Virus record (IMG/VR): IMGVR_UViG_3300035156_000182
Coordinates: 1-49,484 of that record
Length of the DNA: 49,484 nt
Direction: 5' to 3' (one strand)
Source: a virus
Shown here: positions 21,743-29,835 of the stretch, one piece after another
Numbering within the stretch: the first letter of the stretch is position 1
Layout: each line of letters opens with the position of its first letter
Notes under the pieces: model-generated
Told to the model about the DNA's origin: nothing
The model's database searches: none
Seen by the model: the letters and a program-made list of their open reading frames with translations, nothing else
Translations under genes and position numbers: made by a program

Positions 21743-23482
21743 CTACATGATTCCCCGTGCTCGGCTTGGTGCGCTGAACCCTCGGCCCTGACTGGCATGG
21801 ATGCGGCGCGACAACTCGGCTTCCCTCGATTCGTCGATCAGCGGGGCGACTTTGCGGTCGTCGCCGGTCGACGCGTGACGCTGGTCTGACGTCGCCGGTG
21901 CGAGCTGGTTGAACGCATCCGCCGACGCATCGACCAAGTCGTCATAGCGCGCATTCGGAAAGTTGCACACTTGGTCGAGCCATTCATGATTCCACGACCC
22001 GGCAACCAGGTACACGTTCCCGTGCTCGGCTTGCGTCGCCAGCGGGCCGGCGCGCGAGGCCTTCGACCCCACCGGGCGCACGACCTTCAGGATGAAGCCG
22101 ACCAGCAGGCGCACCATGTCGCGCACAAGGTATTTGCCCCCGGCGGCCGGATCTTCGGGAATACGGATGGTCACCGCGCGGGTGTCGGTGTCGGCGATCG
22201 CCTTCACCCGCGTTTCGGTCTCGGCTGGCCCCTGCTGGAACTGGCCAGCGTGCGCGATGATGAACTTGCGGGCGGGGGTGATACCCATAAGACAATGCGC
22301 GGTGTTGTCGGGGTCGCTGGTGGCCGTCTTTTCGGTCGCCGCGAAATCCCATGCGCGAACCCATTGCGTGACCTGCCGCACCAAGGGTTCGTCGCTGCCG
22401 ATGATCCGACTCGAGCCTTCCGACCCGTCGCCTTCGAACCACTCGCGCTTGAACAGGCCGCCGTCGCGCGGGGTTGGCTGCTGCTGATACTGGCCCGCAT
22501 AGGCATATGCGCCCTTCACCTGTTTGGTCGCCTCGACGGTCGCCCGACTGAAGCGTTCGGGGAACAGCAGGTCGCCTTCGTGCTCGCGCGGGTCGGCGAA
22601 AAACAGCTCGCCGTTCACATAGGTGCGGCACTTCGCGTCGATCAGCCGGCCGCCCTCTTTGCGAGTCGCTTCGTATTCCATCGGCAAATTCAGGTGAACA
22701 TAGGGCAGCTTCAGCCGTAGCACTTCGCCCGACACGTCCCGTTCGTGTAGCCGCTGCATAACCCCGACGATCACGGATTCGTTCGGGTCGCGCAGTCGAT
22801 CCGATAGGCCTTCGCGAAAGGTTTTCACCGTTTTGCCGCGCACCGTGTCGGATTCCGCGCCTTCGGTGTCGTGGGGATCGTCGAATATCAGGCGATCGCC
22901 ACCGCCGCCGGTCAGCTTCGAAAAGGGGCGACCCTCGCGCTGGCCCCGCGCGCTGTTGATGATGAGGGTTTCGCCCCACTTATCGGTGGGCTGAACCGCG
23001 TCGCCCCATAGACGCTGGAACCACTCGCTTTCGACCAGCAGGCGCATTTTGCCCGTGTCGCGGATGATGTTGGGCCGGCTGAACGACGTGGTGAGATAGT
23101 GCAAGTGAGGCTTGCCGAGCGGCCCCCATTCCCATGCCGGCCAGAACACGGCCACCATCGTCGACTTCGACATGCGCGGGGGCACGTTGATGAGTAGCCG
23201 CTTGATGTCGCCCCGGCTGACCGCCTCCAGGTGGTCGCATATCGCTTCGATCGCCCACCCGCCGATGAACTTAGTTCCCGGCTCGACGATCGGCCACGCT
23301 TCCTGAACGAACTGGTACAGCGACTTGCACCGGCGGCGGATCGCCTCGGCGTCACGGTTCAGGCTTTCGCGTTGCTCGCGCTGTTCGTCGGCGCGGATGC
23401 TTTCGCGAAGTGCTTCAGCCAGATTCGCCGGCAGGTCGAGCGGCGGCACGGGTGATAAGGTCGAGGAGGAGTCGCTTTTCAT
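21743..23482 (-). CDS. terL: Terminase large subunit
   Basis: 579 aa. Walker A-like NVPPRMSKST and Walker B-like DRLIFDDPHD, with a C-terminal nuclease-type region. It lies downstream of TerS and upstream of the portal. Confidence 0.85.
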   Translation of the reverse strand: MKSDSSSTLSPVPPLDLPANLAEALRESIRADEQREQRESLNRDAEAIRRRCKSLYQFVQEAWPIVEPGTKFIGGWAIEAICDHLEAVSRGDIKRLLINVPPRMSKSTMVAVFWPAWEWGPLGKPHLHYLTTSFSRPNIIRDTGKMRLLVESEWFQRLWGDAVQPTDKWGETLIINSARGQREGRPFSKLTGGGGDRLIFDDPHDTEGAESDTVRGKTVKTFREGLSDRLRDPNESVIVGVMQRLHERDVSGEVLRLKLPYVHLNLPMEYEATRKEGGRLIDAKCRTYVNGELFFADPREHEGDLLFPERFSRATVEATKQVKGAYAYAGQYQQQPTPRDGGLFKREWFEGDGSEGSSRIIGSDEPLVRQVTQWVRAWDFAATEKTATSDPDNTAHCLMGITPARKFIIAHAGQFQQGPAETETRVKAIADTDTRAVTIRIPEDPAAGGKYLVRDMVRLLVGFILKVVRPVGSKASRAGPLATQAEHGNVYLVAGSWNHEWLDQVCNFPNARYDDLVDASADAFNQLAPATSDQRHASTGDDRKVAPLIDESREAELSRRIHASQGRGFSAPSRARGIM

Positions 23483-23963
23483 CGGTGTTCAGTGCCCCCA
23501 GGTCGAACGGCAGGTTGACGTTCGATCCCTGCCCGGCTGGCGGTGCCGTGTCGGGAATGAACGCCCCGACGTCGACATGCCGGGCGATGACTTCAAGCAA
23601 CCCCTTCGCTGCGCGCAGGTCACCTTTGCCCGTCGCAATGTCCAGTAGGATCATCGACTTTGACAGGACATAGGAACGGTCGACGCTGACATTCATCGCC
23701 GTTTCGGACAGGGCGTTGCCGATATACTTTTGCACGTTCGGCCGCTTCATAAGCTGCCACGCGGCACTTGCGGCGTTCGTCTCGGCGTAGCCGGCTTCGA
23801 TCGCAGCGGCCCGCTTCCAATAGTGCTGACCTTCGCCGATCAGCCGCAACCCGGCTTCGCAAAACGCCCGTTCGCGCACGGTCAGGCCGTCGGTTTTCGA
23901 CCGGCCTTGTTCGTCGACATTCACCAGCGGGTCGATCAGTGCGTCGATTGCGGTGTCGGTCAT
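23415..23963 (-). CDS. terS: Terminase small subunit (Terminase_2-like)
   Basis: 182 aa. LTVRERAFCEAGL..AAAIEAGYAETNAASAAWQLMKRPNVQKYI matches the HTH pattern of small terminases. It overlaps TerL by 68 nt. Confidence 0.75.
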   Translation of the reverse strand: MTDTAIDALIDPLVNVDEQGRSKTDGLTVRERAFCEAGLRLIGEGQHYWKRAAAIEAGYAETNAASAAWQLMKRPNVQKYIGNALSETAMNVSVDRSYVLSKSMILLDIATGKGDLRAAKGLLEVIARHVDVGAFIPDTAPPAGQGSNVNLPFDLGALNTDEKRLLLDLITRAAARPAGESG

Positions 23964-24187
23964 TCGTCGGGTTCGCTCAATTCGGGGTTGCGTAGCGTCG
24001 CCTCGACAGCGTCGATCGCGGCTTCGGTCCAGTGGTTACCATATCGGCCGTCTCGGATCGAATCGGCGGTGTCGCGCCATAGCCGGCCCTTGGCGGCGAC
24101 CGCGTCGGCGAAGCGGGTGCGCGCCTCGGCGCGTATCGGTGACTCGCCGATCATAACAGGGGCAATCGCTTCATATGTCGCCGCCAT
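23960..24187 (-). CDS. Hypothetical protein
   Basis: 75 aa from ATG 24187 (MAATYEAIAPVMIGESP..). The track start is 24217. ATGA overlap with terS. Confidence 0.45.
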   Translation of the reverse strand: MAATYEAIAPVMIGESPIRAEARTRFADAVAAKGRLWRDTADSIRDGRYGNHWTEAAIDAVEATLRNPELSEPDE

Positions 24188-24467
24188 ACGGGCACCCGCC
24201 CTTCGTGCAAGTGCCATACTCGACGATGACCCGCCGGGCGGTTTCGGTGGGGCACCCGCATCGGGGGTTCGCCACTTCCTCGGCTTGCGTCCGCTCGCGC
24301 GGCACGGTGGCCACGATGTCGAGCACCACGCGGATGGACTCGGCGTGGTCGCGGTGCTGCTGACCGACCTGTCGGCTATATCCCGACGTGCCGCGCGTGA
24401 CCGCGCCGAGCTGTTCGACCATGGCGCGCTTGCGCTCCAGGAAGGCGACCGCTTCGTCGCGGGTCAT
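24171..24467 (-). CDS. Hypothetical protein
   Basis: 98 aa from ATG 24467 (MTRDEAVAFLERKRAMVEQLG..). ATGA coupling to the upstream gene. The N-terminal 80 aa of the track ORF look like junk (Arg/His-rich). Confidence 0.5.
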   Translation of the reverse strand: MTRDEAVAFLERKRAMVEQLGAVTRGTSGYSRQVGQQHRDHAESIRVVLDIVATVPRERTQAEEVANPRCGCPTETARRVIVEYGTCTKGGCPYGGDI

Positions 24468-24799
24468 CGTTTGCGGCCTTTCCACGTCGGGTCGAGGGTG
24501 TCGAGGGTTTGCCCGATGGCGTCGCGCAGCTCGCGCAGGCTCGGCATGGTGGCCAGCGCACCCTTGCCGGTGATGGTGGCCGCAATGTCGTCGACCATGA
24601 CACGCGTCGGCCGCTGTCCGCGCGTGGTGGTCGGAATATGCACCGGGGGCTTTTCGCTTGTCCTGCGCATCGCCTCGACCGCGCCGGGTGCGAATATGTC
24701 GGCCCATAGCGGCGCGGCCGGGTCATCGGGTCGCACGGAGGCCGACGACGGCTTGTCAAACCGCCCCGCGTTGCGTTCCCATGGGTTCGGCGCGCTCAT
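24464..24799 (-). CDS. Hypothetical protein
   Basis: 111 aa from ATG 24799 (MSAPNPWERNAGRFDKPSS..) with an ATGA overlap onto the upstream stop. Confidence 0.5.
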   Translation of the reverse strand: MSAPNPWERNAGRFDKPSSASVRPDDPAAPLWADIFAPGAVEAMRRTSEKPPVHIPTTTRGQRPTRVMVDDIAATITGKGALATMPSLRELRDAIGQTLDTLDPTWKGRKR

Positions 24800-25554
24800 C
24801 CCTTCACCTTTTCGGGCGCGTTGGTGGCAAGGGCGGCGGTCGCTCGACGGACGTGAGCAAGCGGCTGCTGACAAGCCAATGCTTCTCGCAACAGCGCAGC
24901 AATGTCTTCCTTATACGTCCTCTCGTGCGCCCACTGGATACGCTCAAGCACCTCGCGCGCTACCCGCTCGACCGCTTCCGACGTAGGGTCGGCGGGCGTC
25001 CGTTCCCGTAGCGCACGGATCTCGCTCGCCGCCCATGCGACGATATTCCCGCCCGCAACCGGTTTAACGATATTCGCGCCTTCGTGCTGGACAGTATGCA
25101 GCGCGGCATAGGCCGTGCGTTCGTCCGACGTAGGATCGGCGGGCTTGGGGGTGGCGCAGACCGTCGCAACCTTGCGATACCAGCCCGCCTCCAATTCGAC
25201 GCCGAAAGCCCGCGCAAGCGCGATGCAAACGTCGGTCGAGCAAAGCTCTTGCCCGTTGCCATAGACGTGCGTCATTTCCTCGCCAGCAAAGGTGTCGAGA
25301 AGGCATAGTGCCGTTGCCATCGCGTCTTCACGCGCCCGTTGCACCCCCTCTTGCGAAGGCTGTTCGGCTATCTTGTCGCGCTCGGCGGCGAGCTGCGCGA
25401 ACGCGAGGATGACCGCCCGCGCCTGCCAATGCGTCAACAATTCGTGCCAATCGTCGCCGACCTTGCGCTCGCAAAACCGGCCGGGGTCGATGATGGCGCG
25501 TTCGATCCGATCACGGTCGGAAAACCGCGACCCGATGGCATCACGCGGCGGCAT
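24796..25554 (-). CDS. Hypothetical protein
   Basis: 252 aa from ATG 25554 (MPPRDAIGSRFSDRDRIERAIIDPG..). GTG alternatives lie 15-60 nt upstream, so the start is uncertain. Confidence 0.5.
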   Translation of the reverse strand: MPPRDAIGSRFSDRDRIERAIIDPGRFCERKVGDDWHELLTHWQARAVILAFAQLAAERDKIAEQPSQEGVQRAREDAMATALCLLDTFAGEEMTHVYGNGQELCSTDVCIALARAFGVELEAGWYRKVATVCATPKPADPTSDERTAYAALHTVQHEGANIVKPVAGGNIVAWAASEIRALRERTPADPTSEAVERVAREVLERIQWAHERTYKEDIAALLREALACQQPLAHVRRATAALATNAPEKVKG

Positions 25555-25654
25555 GGCGGGCGCGGTCACTTGTCCCACCGTTCGTCGATGTCGAAAATGA
25601 AGCACGACAGCAGGTCGGACGCCAAGTCGCGAACCCATGCGAGGGCGCGGCCGA

Positions 25655-25921
25655 TCACTTCGCGCGCTCGCGCAGCATGGCGTCGGCGAGGGCGTAGGAC
25701 AGCCGCGCAATCGCCCTGACCGTTTGGTCGTCGGTCATCATGGGGTCGTCGGGCGTATTGGCCGCCACCGACAGGGCGACACCGGCGAAATGGTCGCGCA
25801 GGGTCATGCCGGGTTCGGAATAGTGCGGGTTTCGCAGGCCTTCGCCGGTCGACGGGAAGGCTTGCGGGTTCGGCGGGGTTGCCTCCAGGTCGGGGGCGGC
25901 GGTATCGGGTGCATCGGTCAT
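25655..25921 (-). CDS. Hypothetical protein
   Basis: 88 aa from ATG 25921 (MTDAPDTAAPDLE..GMTLRDHFAGVALSVAAN..) with an AAGGA RBS. Confidence 0.5.
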   Translation of the reverse strand: MTDAPDTAAPDLEATPPNPQAFPSTGEGLRNPHYSEPGMTLRDHFAGVALSVAANTPDDPMMTDDQTVRAIARLSYALADAMLRERAK

Positions 25922-25988
25922 CGGTCGCGGTTCCTTCGCGATGGTGGTCGGGGGGCGGTTGTCGGGCCGCCCCCGTTCCGATGCCCGT

Positions 25989-26204
25989 TTATTCGGTGTC
26001 ACGCAATAGGCCGACGCGCACCGCACGCCACGCGGGAAAGTCGAGCACGGCCAGGAAACGCCAGCCGTCGAGCGGTGACGGCGTCAATCGCTCCAGCGGG
26101 CGGGTCGGTTCGTTGATCCTGCGCAACGGCAGGCTTTCCCATTCGGCGGGCACGGTGCGCACTTCGCCGGGAAATTGCACCTGAACGGTCAGCCCGGCGG
26201 TCAT
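25989..26204 (-). CDS. Hypothetical protein
   Basis: 71-aa ORF with an ATGA overlap onto the upstream 460-aa gene. Confidence 0.45.
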   Translation of the reverse strand: MTAGLTVQVQFPGEVRTVPAEWESLPLRRINEPTRPLERLTPSPLDGWRFLAVLDFPAWRAVRVGLLRDTE

Positions 26205-27583
26205 TCCCCGGTGACCTTAAACCCGAGGGCGGCGGCCACGGTGTCGACCGTTTCGCCCTGATAGTAGCGACGGGTCATGCCACGGTTGCGCGACGGGTCG
26301 CCGCTCTTTTGCTCCAGCGCTTCAATCGCTGCGTCACGCTCGCCGGGGGTCAATGTCGGGTGCCGCATTTCGACGATGTCGCGGCGAGCGTTGCGCAGCT
26401 TGCGCTTCGCCTTGCGCATCCGCCGTTTCGCGCGCTCGGCCTTCGCCTGCCATGCCTCGACGTCATCCCATAGGCCCGAAACCTTCATGATTTCGTCGGC
26501 GAGCTGTTGCCGCATATCGTCGCGTTCGGCCTCCAGCTCGGCCACGCGGTCAGGCGACCCCTTCACCGCATCGGCCAACCGTTGCACAAGGTCGCCGATC
26601 CCGCCTTCGCCGAGCAATCCGGCGGTGCGCTTGTGGTTCACCAATTGGTTCGCTTCGGCCAGCAGCTTGCGCCGGTCGGTGGCGTTCAGGGGCGGGTTTT
26701 CCGACGCGTCGGTCAGTGCGACCGTCGCCAGCCGTGCGCCGTTCAGCGCCGCGACCAGCCTGTCGAACGTCGTCGCCATTTCGCGCCGGGGTGGTTCGCG
26801 GCCGTCGACCAACCACTCGGCATATCGGGTCGCGCGTTCGATCAGCTCGGCGTCGGTGGGGAAGGCCGGGGCCAGTGCTTTCGACACATGGCGGGCACGC
26901 GCCTCGGCCACTTCAACGCGCAGGTCGAGGGCGATGCACTCGACCCCCAGGCGGTCGACGATGGCGGCCACACCCGGCAGCATTGCCGCATAGTCGGCGT
27001 CGAACGGTTCGATGATCCTCGCGACTTCGTCGAGGGTTTCAAGCGCGGCCTTCACTTCCGTGGCGTCGGGACGCGGCGTCGCGGCAATCTCGGCGAACCG
27101 CTCGGCCTGCTGTTCGGGCGTCGGGTCGAGTTGGCCCGTGACCGTGTCGAGCGTCATCGCGACGTCGTGAACGAAGTCGGCAGGGCTGGCCGGGGGCGCA
27201 TCCGCCCGGTCGAGCACGCCGAAGTGCGATGCAACCGCGTCGTCGAACCGAACAGTGCCGATTTCCGCCCCGCCAGCCATCGCCAGGGGTGCGGCCGGTG
27301 CATCATGCCCGGCAGGTGCCACTTCGCTGCTGGTGACCGGGAAATCCCGAGTCGTTTGCCCGATGCGGGTCGTTTCCGGCAGCAGGTTGTCGACCAGCGC
27401 GGCGAGCACAACGAACCCGGCCAGGGTCGAGCCGGTGCGAAACAGGCGGATGGCCTCGGCGACCGCCAAACTGCGCGCTTGCCGTTCCTCGGCCGCGTTC
27501 GTGACCGCGCTCAGTCCGTGGCGGCCCCCATCATCATTCTGGCCAACCCGTTCGGCCATCGGTTCGGTCGTGTTGTCGGTCAT
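26201..27583 (-). CDS. Hypothetical 460-aa protein with one TM-like segment, coiled coil and a basic patch
   Basis: ATG 27583 (MTDNTTEPMAERV..) has an ATGA overlap with the Mor-like gene stop. TM-like segment: TGSTLAGFVVLAALVDNLL. Basic coiled coil: AKAERAKRRMRKAKRKLRNARRD. The extra 141 N-terminal aa of the track ORF overlap the Mor-like gene in another frame. Confidence 0.6.
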   Translation of the reverse strand: MTDNTTEPMAERVGQNDDGGRHGLSAVTNAAEERQARSLAVAEAIRLFRTGSTLAGFVVLAALVDNLLPETTRIGQTTRDFPVTSSEVAPAGHDAPAAPLAMAGGAEIGTVRFDDAVASHFGVLDRADAPPASPADFVHDVAMTLDTVTGQLDPTPEQQAERFAEIAATPRPDATEVKAALETLDEVARIIEPFDADYAAMLPGVAAIVDRLGVECIALDLRVEVAEARARHVSKALAPAFPTDAELIERATRYAEWLVDGREPPRREMATTFDRLVAALNGARLATVALTDASENPPLNATDRRKLLAEANQLVNHKRTAGLLGEGGIGDLVQRLADAVKGSPDRVAELEAERDDMRQQLADEIMKVSGLWDDVEAWQAKAERAKRRMRKAKRKLRNARRDIVEMRHPTLTPGERDAAIEALEQKSGDPSRNRGMTRRYYQGETVDTVAAALGFKVTGE

Positions 27584-27957
27584 GCTTTCGTTCCCTTCGT
27601 GGTGTCGGCGAGAATGCGCCGCTTGGCATAGACGGTTCGTTCGGAGCACCCGAGCTTTCGGGCGATCGCGTGCGCCGATAGGCCTTGGCGTGTCAGCTTC
27701 GCGACTTTGTTCAGGTCGACCGGGTTCGACCGTGAATTGTGAGCGCTTGGCCCCTTCGGGATATACACCCGCGAATTCGCAAAATGGGTGATGAGGTCGG
27801 CGGCCAGCTCGACGCCGACCAAGCGCACCAACACGGTTTGCCGGTCGAGCATTGCGGGATGACTGCCGAGCGACGGGATGCGCAGCACCCTGCCGCCTGC
27901 GCGGAGTGCGAGCACGGCCACCGCACGCGGGCCGAGGGCATCCGCAAGCGCACTCAC
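27580..27957 (-). CDS. Mor-like transcriptional activator (Mu Mor/C family HTH)
   Basis: 125 aa from GTG 27957 (GTGA overlap). HFANSRVYIPKGPSA resembles Mu Mor HLGGGQVYIPRGQAL. The C-terminal HTH LSAHAIARKLGCSERTVYAKRRI resembles Mor ELTTRYGVTFNTVYKAIRR (compared from memory). Confidence 0.6.
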   Translation of the reverse strand: MSALADALGPRAVAVLALRAGGRVLRIPSLGSHPAMLDRQTVLVRLVGVELAADLITHFANSRVYIPKGPSAHNSRSNPVDLNKVAKLTRQGLSAHAIARKLGCSERTVYAKRRILADTTKGTKA

Positions 27958-29162
27958 TGGTGGCGCACCACGGCATCGGCGTCGGGTCCGATGATGTCGG
28001 CCGCAAGCCGCTGGAACAACGGGCGGTCGACGCGGGATGCGGCGAAGCTGCTGCGCGCCGTGACGACCAGCACGTCGCCGTCGTCGGTCGGGTCGATCGA
28101 CAGGGCGATGACGTCGGGGGCGTGCTCGGCCTTGCCGTTCAGGCTGGAGCGGATGCGCGCAACGCGGTCGTCGAGCTGGTCGCGGTTCGCGAGCGGCTTC
28201 ACCGCCAGCCCGGCCATCGCCGACTTGTGCGGCTTGCCGCGCCCCTTGGCGGCGAGCGCCGCGACCTTGGCGCGCACGCTGCTGTCGAAAAACCGGAGCG
28301 TGGTCAGTCGTTCGTCGGGCTTGTCCTGCCGGTATCGTTCGATGATCGGCACGACCACCGCGTCGATGTCGATGTCGTCGGCGCGCCACGACCTGACCAT
28401 GTCCAGGTTCCGCGCGACCTGCGATGGTTGCGAATGCGGGATGCCTGCGAGCCGTGCGAGGCGATCGGCCACCGACACGAAGTCGAAAGCGTCATCAACC
28501 GATTTTGCGGACTCACGTTGATGATGTTCCCTAGAGTCTCCCTCTCCCTCTCCCTCTCCCTGTCCCTCTCCCTTTCCCTTGCTTCCCGAAATGCGCGCAA
28601 CATCGCCGGGCGTTGCGCGCAACGGGGCGTCATGTTGCGCGCCTTCGTCGAGGGGCAACGCGCGCTGGTGCATAGCTTTCGCAGCGCTCGCGACCTTGTC
28701 GGGGCGACCGTGCTCTAGCCAATCCTCAAAGCTCGGCGCGGTGCGCTGGTCATCGTCGCCATTGCGGCTGTTGTGCATCCGAACAGCCGAACAATAGGTG
28801 CGCCAGCGTTGCTTAAGCCGGCCGAGCCATGCTTCGCGAACCTTTTCCGCGACGACCGGGTGATAGAGCCGACCGTCGGAACATAGCACAAAGCCGCGCA
28901 GGGCGTCGTCGCGCACCTTCAGCCATTCGCCAACAGCTCGGCCATAGCCGGCGAGATTGGCCAGGGCGCGGTCATCGTTCGTCAAACTGCCGGCCGGCCG
29001 CTGGTGCCAGCTCGCGCCCCATAGCAGAATCGCGGCGACTATCGCCTCGGGCGGGGCGAACGACACAAGGTCAGACTGCGCGAAACGAACGACGTCCAGG
29101 GGCATAAAGTTGTAGCCGGTCAGGTCGGATTCGGGCGGTGTCAGCGGTGCCGGGGCGTTCAC
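27954..29162 (-). CDS. DUF1376-family replication-associated protein (YdaU-like N-domain, (GE)n linker, C-terminal domain)
   Basis: 402 aa with a GTG start at 29162. The N-terminus YNFMPLDVVRFAQSDLVSFAPPEAIVAAILLWGASWHQRPAGSLTNDD follows the DUF1376 pattern. The linker is GSKGKGEGQGEGEGEGD. Confidence 0.7.
   Translation of the reverse strand: MNAPAPLTPPESDLTGYNFMPLDVVRFAQSDLVSFAPPEAIVAAILLWGASWHQRPAGSLTNDDRALANLAGYGRAVGEWLKVRDDALRGFVLCSDGRLYHPVVAEKVREAWLGRLKQRWRTYCSAVRMHNSRNGDDDQRTAPSFEDWLEHGRPDKVASAAKAMHQRALPLDEGAQHDAPLRATPGDVARISGSKGKGEGQGEGEGEGDSREHHQRESAKSVDDAFDFVSVADRLARLAGIPHSQPSQVARNLDMVRSWRADDIDIDAVVVPIIERYRQDKPDERLTTLRFFDSSVRAKVAALAAKGRGKPHKSAMAGLAVKPLANRDQLDDRVARIRSSLNGKAEHAPDVIALSIDPTDDGDVLVVTARSSFAASRVDRPLFQRLAADIIGPDADAVVRHQ
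28537..28578. repeat. Hexanucleotide microsatellite (TCTCCC)x7, all-pyrimidine on the plus strand, in frame as (Gly-Glu)n
   Basis: Read directly: tctccc x4 perfect, then tgtccc, tctccc, tttccc. It encodes GKGEGQGEGEGEG on the minus strand. Confidence 0.9.
28591..28665. repeat. Four GTTGCGCGC(AAC)-type repeats at ~22-bp spacing (candidate origin iterons)
   Basis: ATGCGCGCAAC at 28591-28601. GTTGCGCGCAAC (a 12-bp palindrome) at 28612-28623. GTTGCGCGCC at 28634-28643. Inverted CAACGCGCGC at 28656-28665. The cluster abuts the pyrimidine tract inside the replication gene linker. Confidence 0.4.
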
Positions 29163-29234
29163 AGGCGGTTGCCGGTGGTCGGGGGTGTCGGTAAGCGTTG
29201 CACTGTCGTTTCGGCCTCCCTGCCGTCGCGATAT

Positions 29235-29262
29235 GGGCGGGCGGCCTCGTAACCGCCCGCCC
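29235..29262 (-). terminator. Strong GC hairpin between rusA and the replication gene (terminator-like, no U-tract)
   Basis: GGGCGGGCGG-cctcgtaa-CCGCCCGCCC, a perfect 10-bp stem in the 142-bp gap. A second small hairpin, CCGACC-gg-GGTCGG, lies at 29272-29285. Confidence 0.35.
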
Positions 29263-29304
29263 GCCCTTCATCCGACCGGGGTCGGGTTGTGGCAAGGTGG
29301 AAAT

Positions 29305-29835
29305 TCACAGCAAGGTCGGCACGTTGGCCGGCTCGACGCGCGCGGGCGGCGGTGCCCTGCGCTTGTCAGCCGGAGTTTCGACTGCCGACTTCAGCGGCGC
29401 GATCGCGACTTCGGTGCGCGACGGGAAGCCGTAGCGCTTGCGCACGATCAATTCGGCGACCTGCGAGTCGTCCTGATATGCGATCGCGTTCAGCCCGTCA
29501 CCGACCAGCTTCGCAAGGTTGTCGGCGTCGGGCTTCGACGTATGAAACACGACGCCGGCCATCATGGCGCGCCTGACCGCTTGCGGCCAGCTCGGCGGCA
29601 CCGGGAACACGGCGACGATGGTCATGCGCACCGGCCCGTCGAGCGGTGGCCGGTCGCCCACGACGCCCCGCGCGATCGCTTGCAATCGCGCTTCGGCGTC
29701 GCGGGTTTCCTTCGGCGTGACCAGTTGCACGATCGCTTTCCACACCCCGCCCATTTTCACCGCGCGGGCCATCGCTCGCGCGCGCCCCTTGGCGACCGGA
29801 ACTTCGGGGATGGTGAAAGCGATCGCGCTCGACAT
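29305..29835 (-). CDS. rusA: RusA-family Holliday junction resolvase
   Basis: 176 aa. SKPDADNLAKLVGDGLNAIAYQDDSQVAELIVRKRYG aligns with E. coli RusA [27 protein letters not shown]. Confidence 0.85.
   Translation of the reverse strand: MSSAIAFTIPEVPVAKGRARAMARAVKMGGVWKAIVQLVTPKETRDAEARLQAIARGVVGDRPPLDGPVRMTIVAVFPVPPSWPQAVRRAMMAGVVFHTSKPDADNLAKLVGDGLNAIAYQDDSQVAELIVRKRYGFPSRTEVAIAPLKSAVETPADKRRAPPPARVEPANVPTLL

Noticed and set aside
26201-28389. Long forms of track ORFs 26201..28006 (601 aa) and 27580..28389 (269 aa). The same applies to 37585..38382, 38892..39878, 39826..40278 and 24171..24707.
   Set aside because: Their N-terminal parts overlap the upstream gene in another frame and are Arg/Pro/His-rich. 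Internal starts that sit exactly at ATGA/GTGA overlaps or behind good RBSs give compact, protein-like products (Mor-like protein, lipoprotein, endolysin and others).
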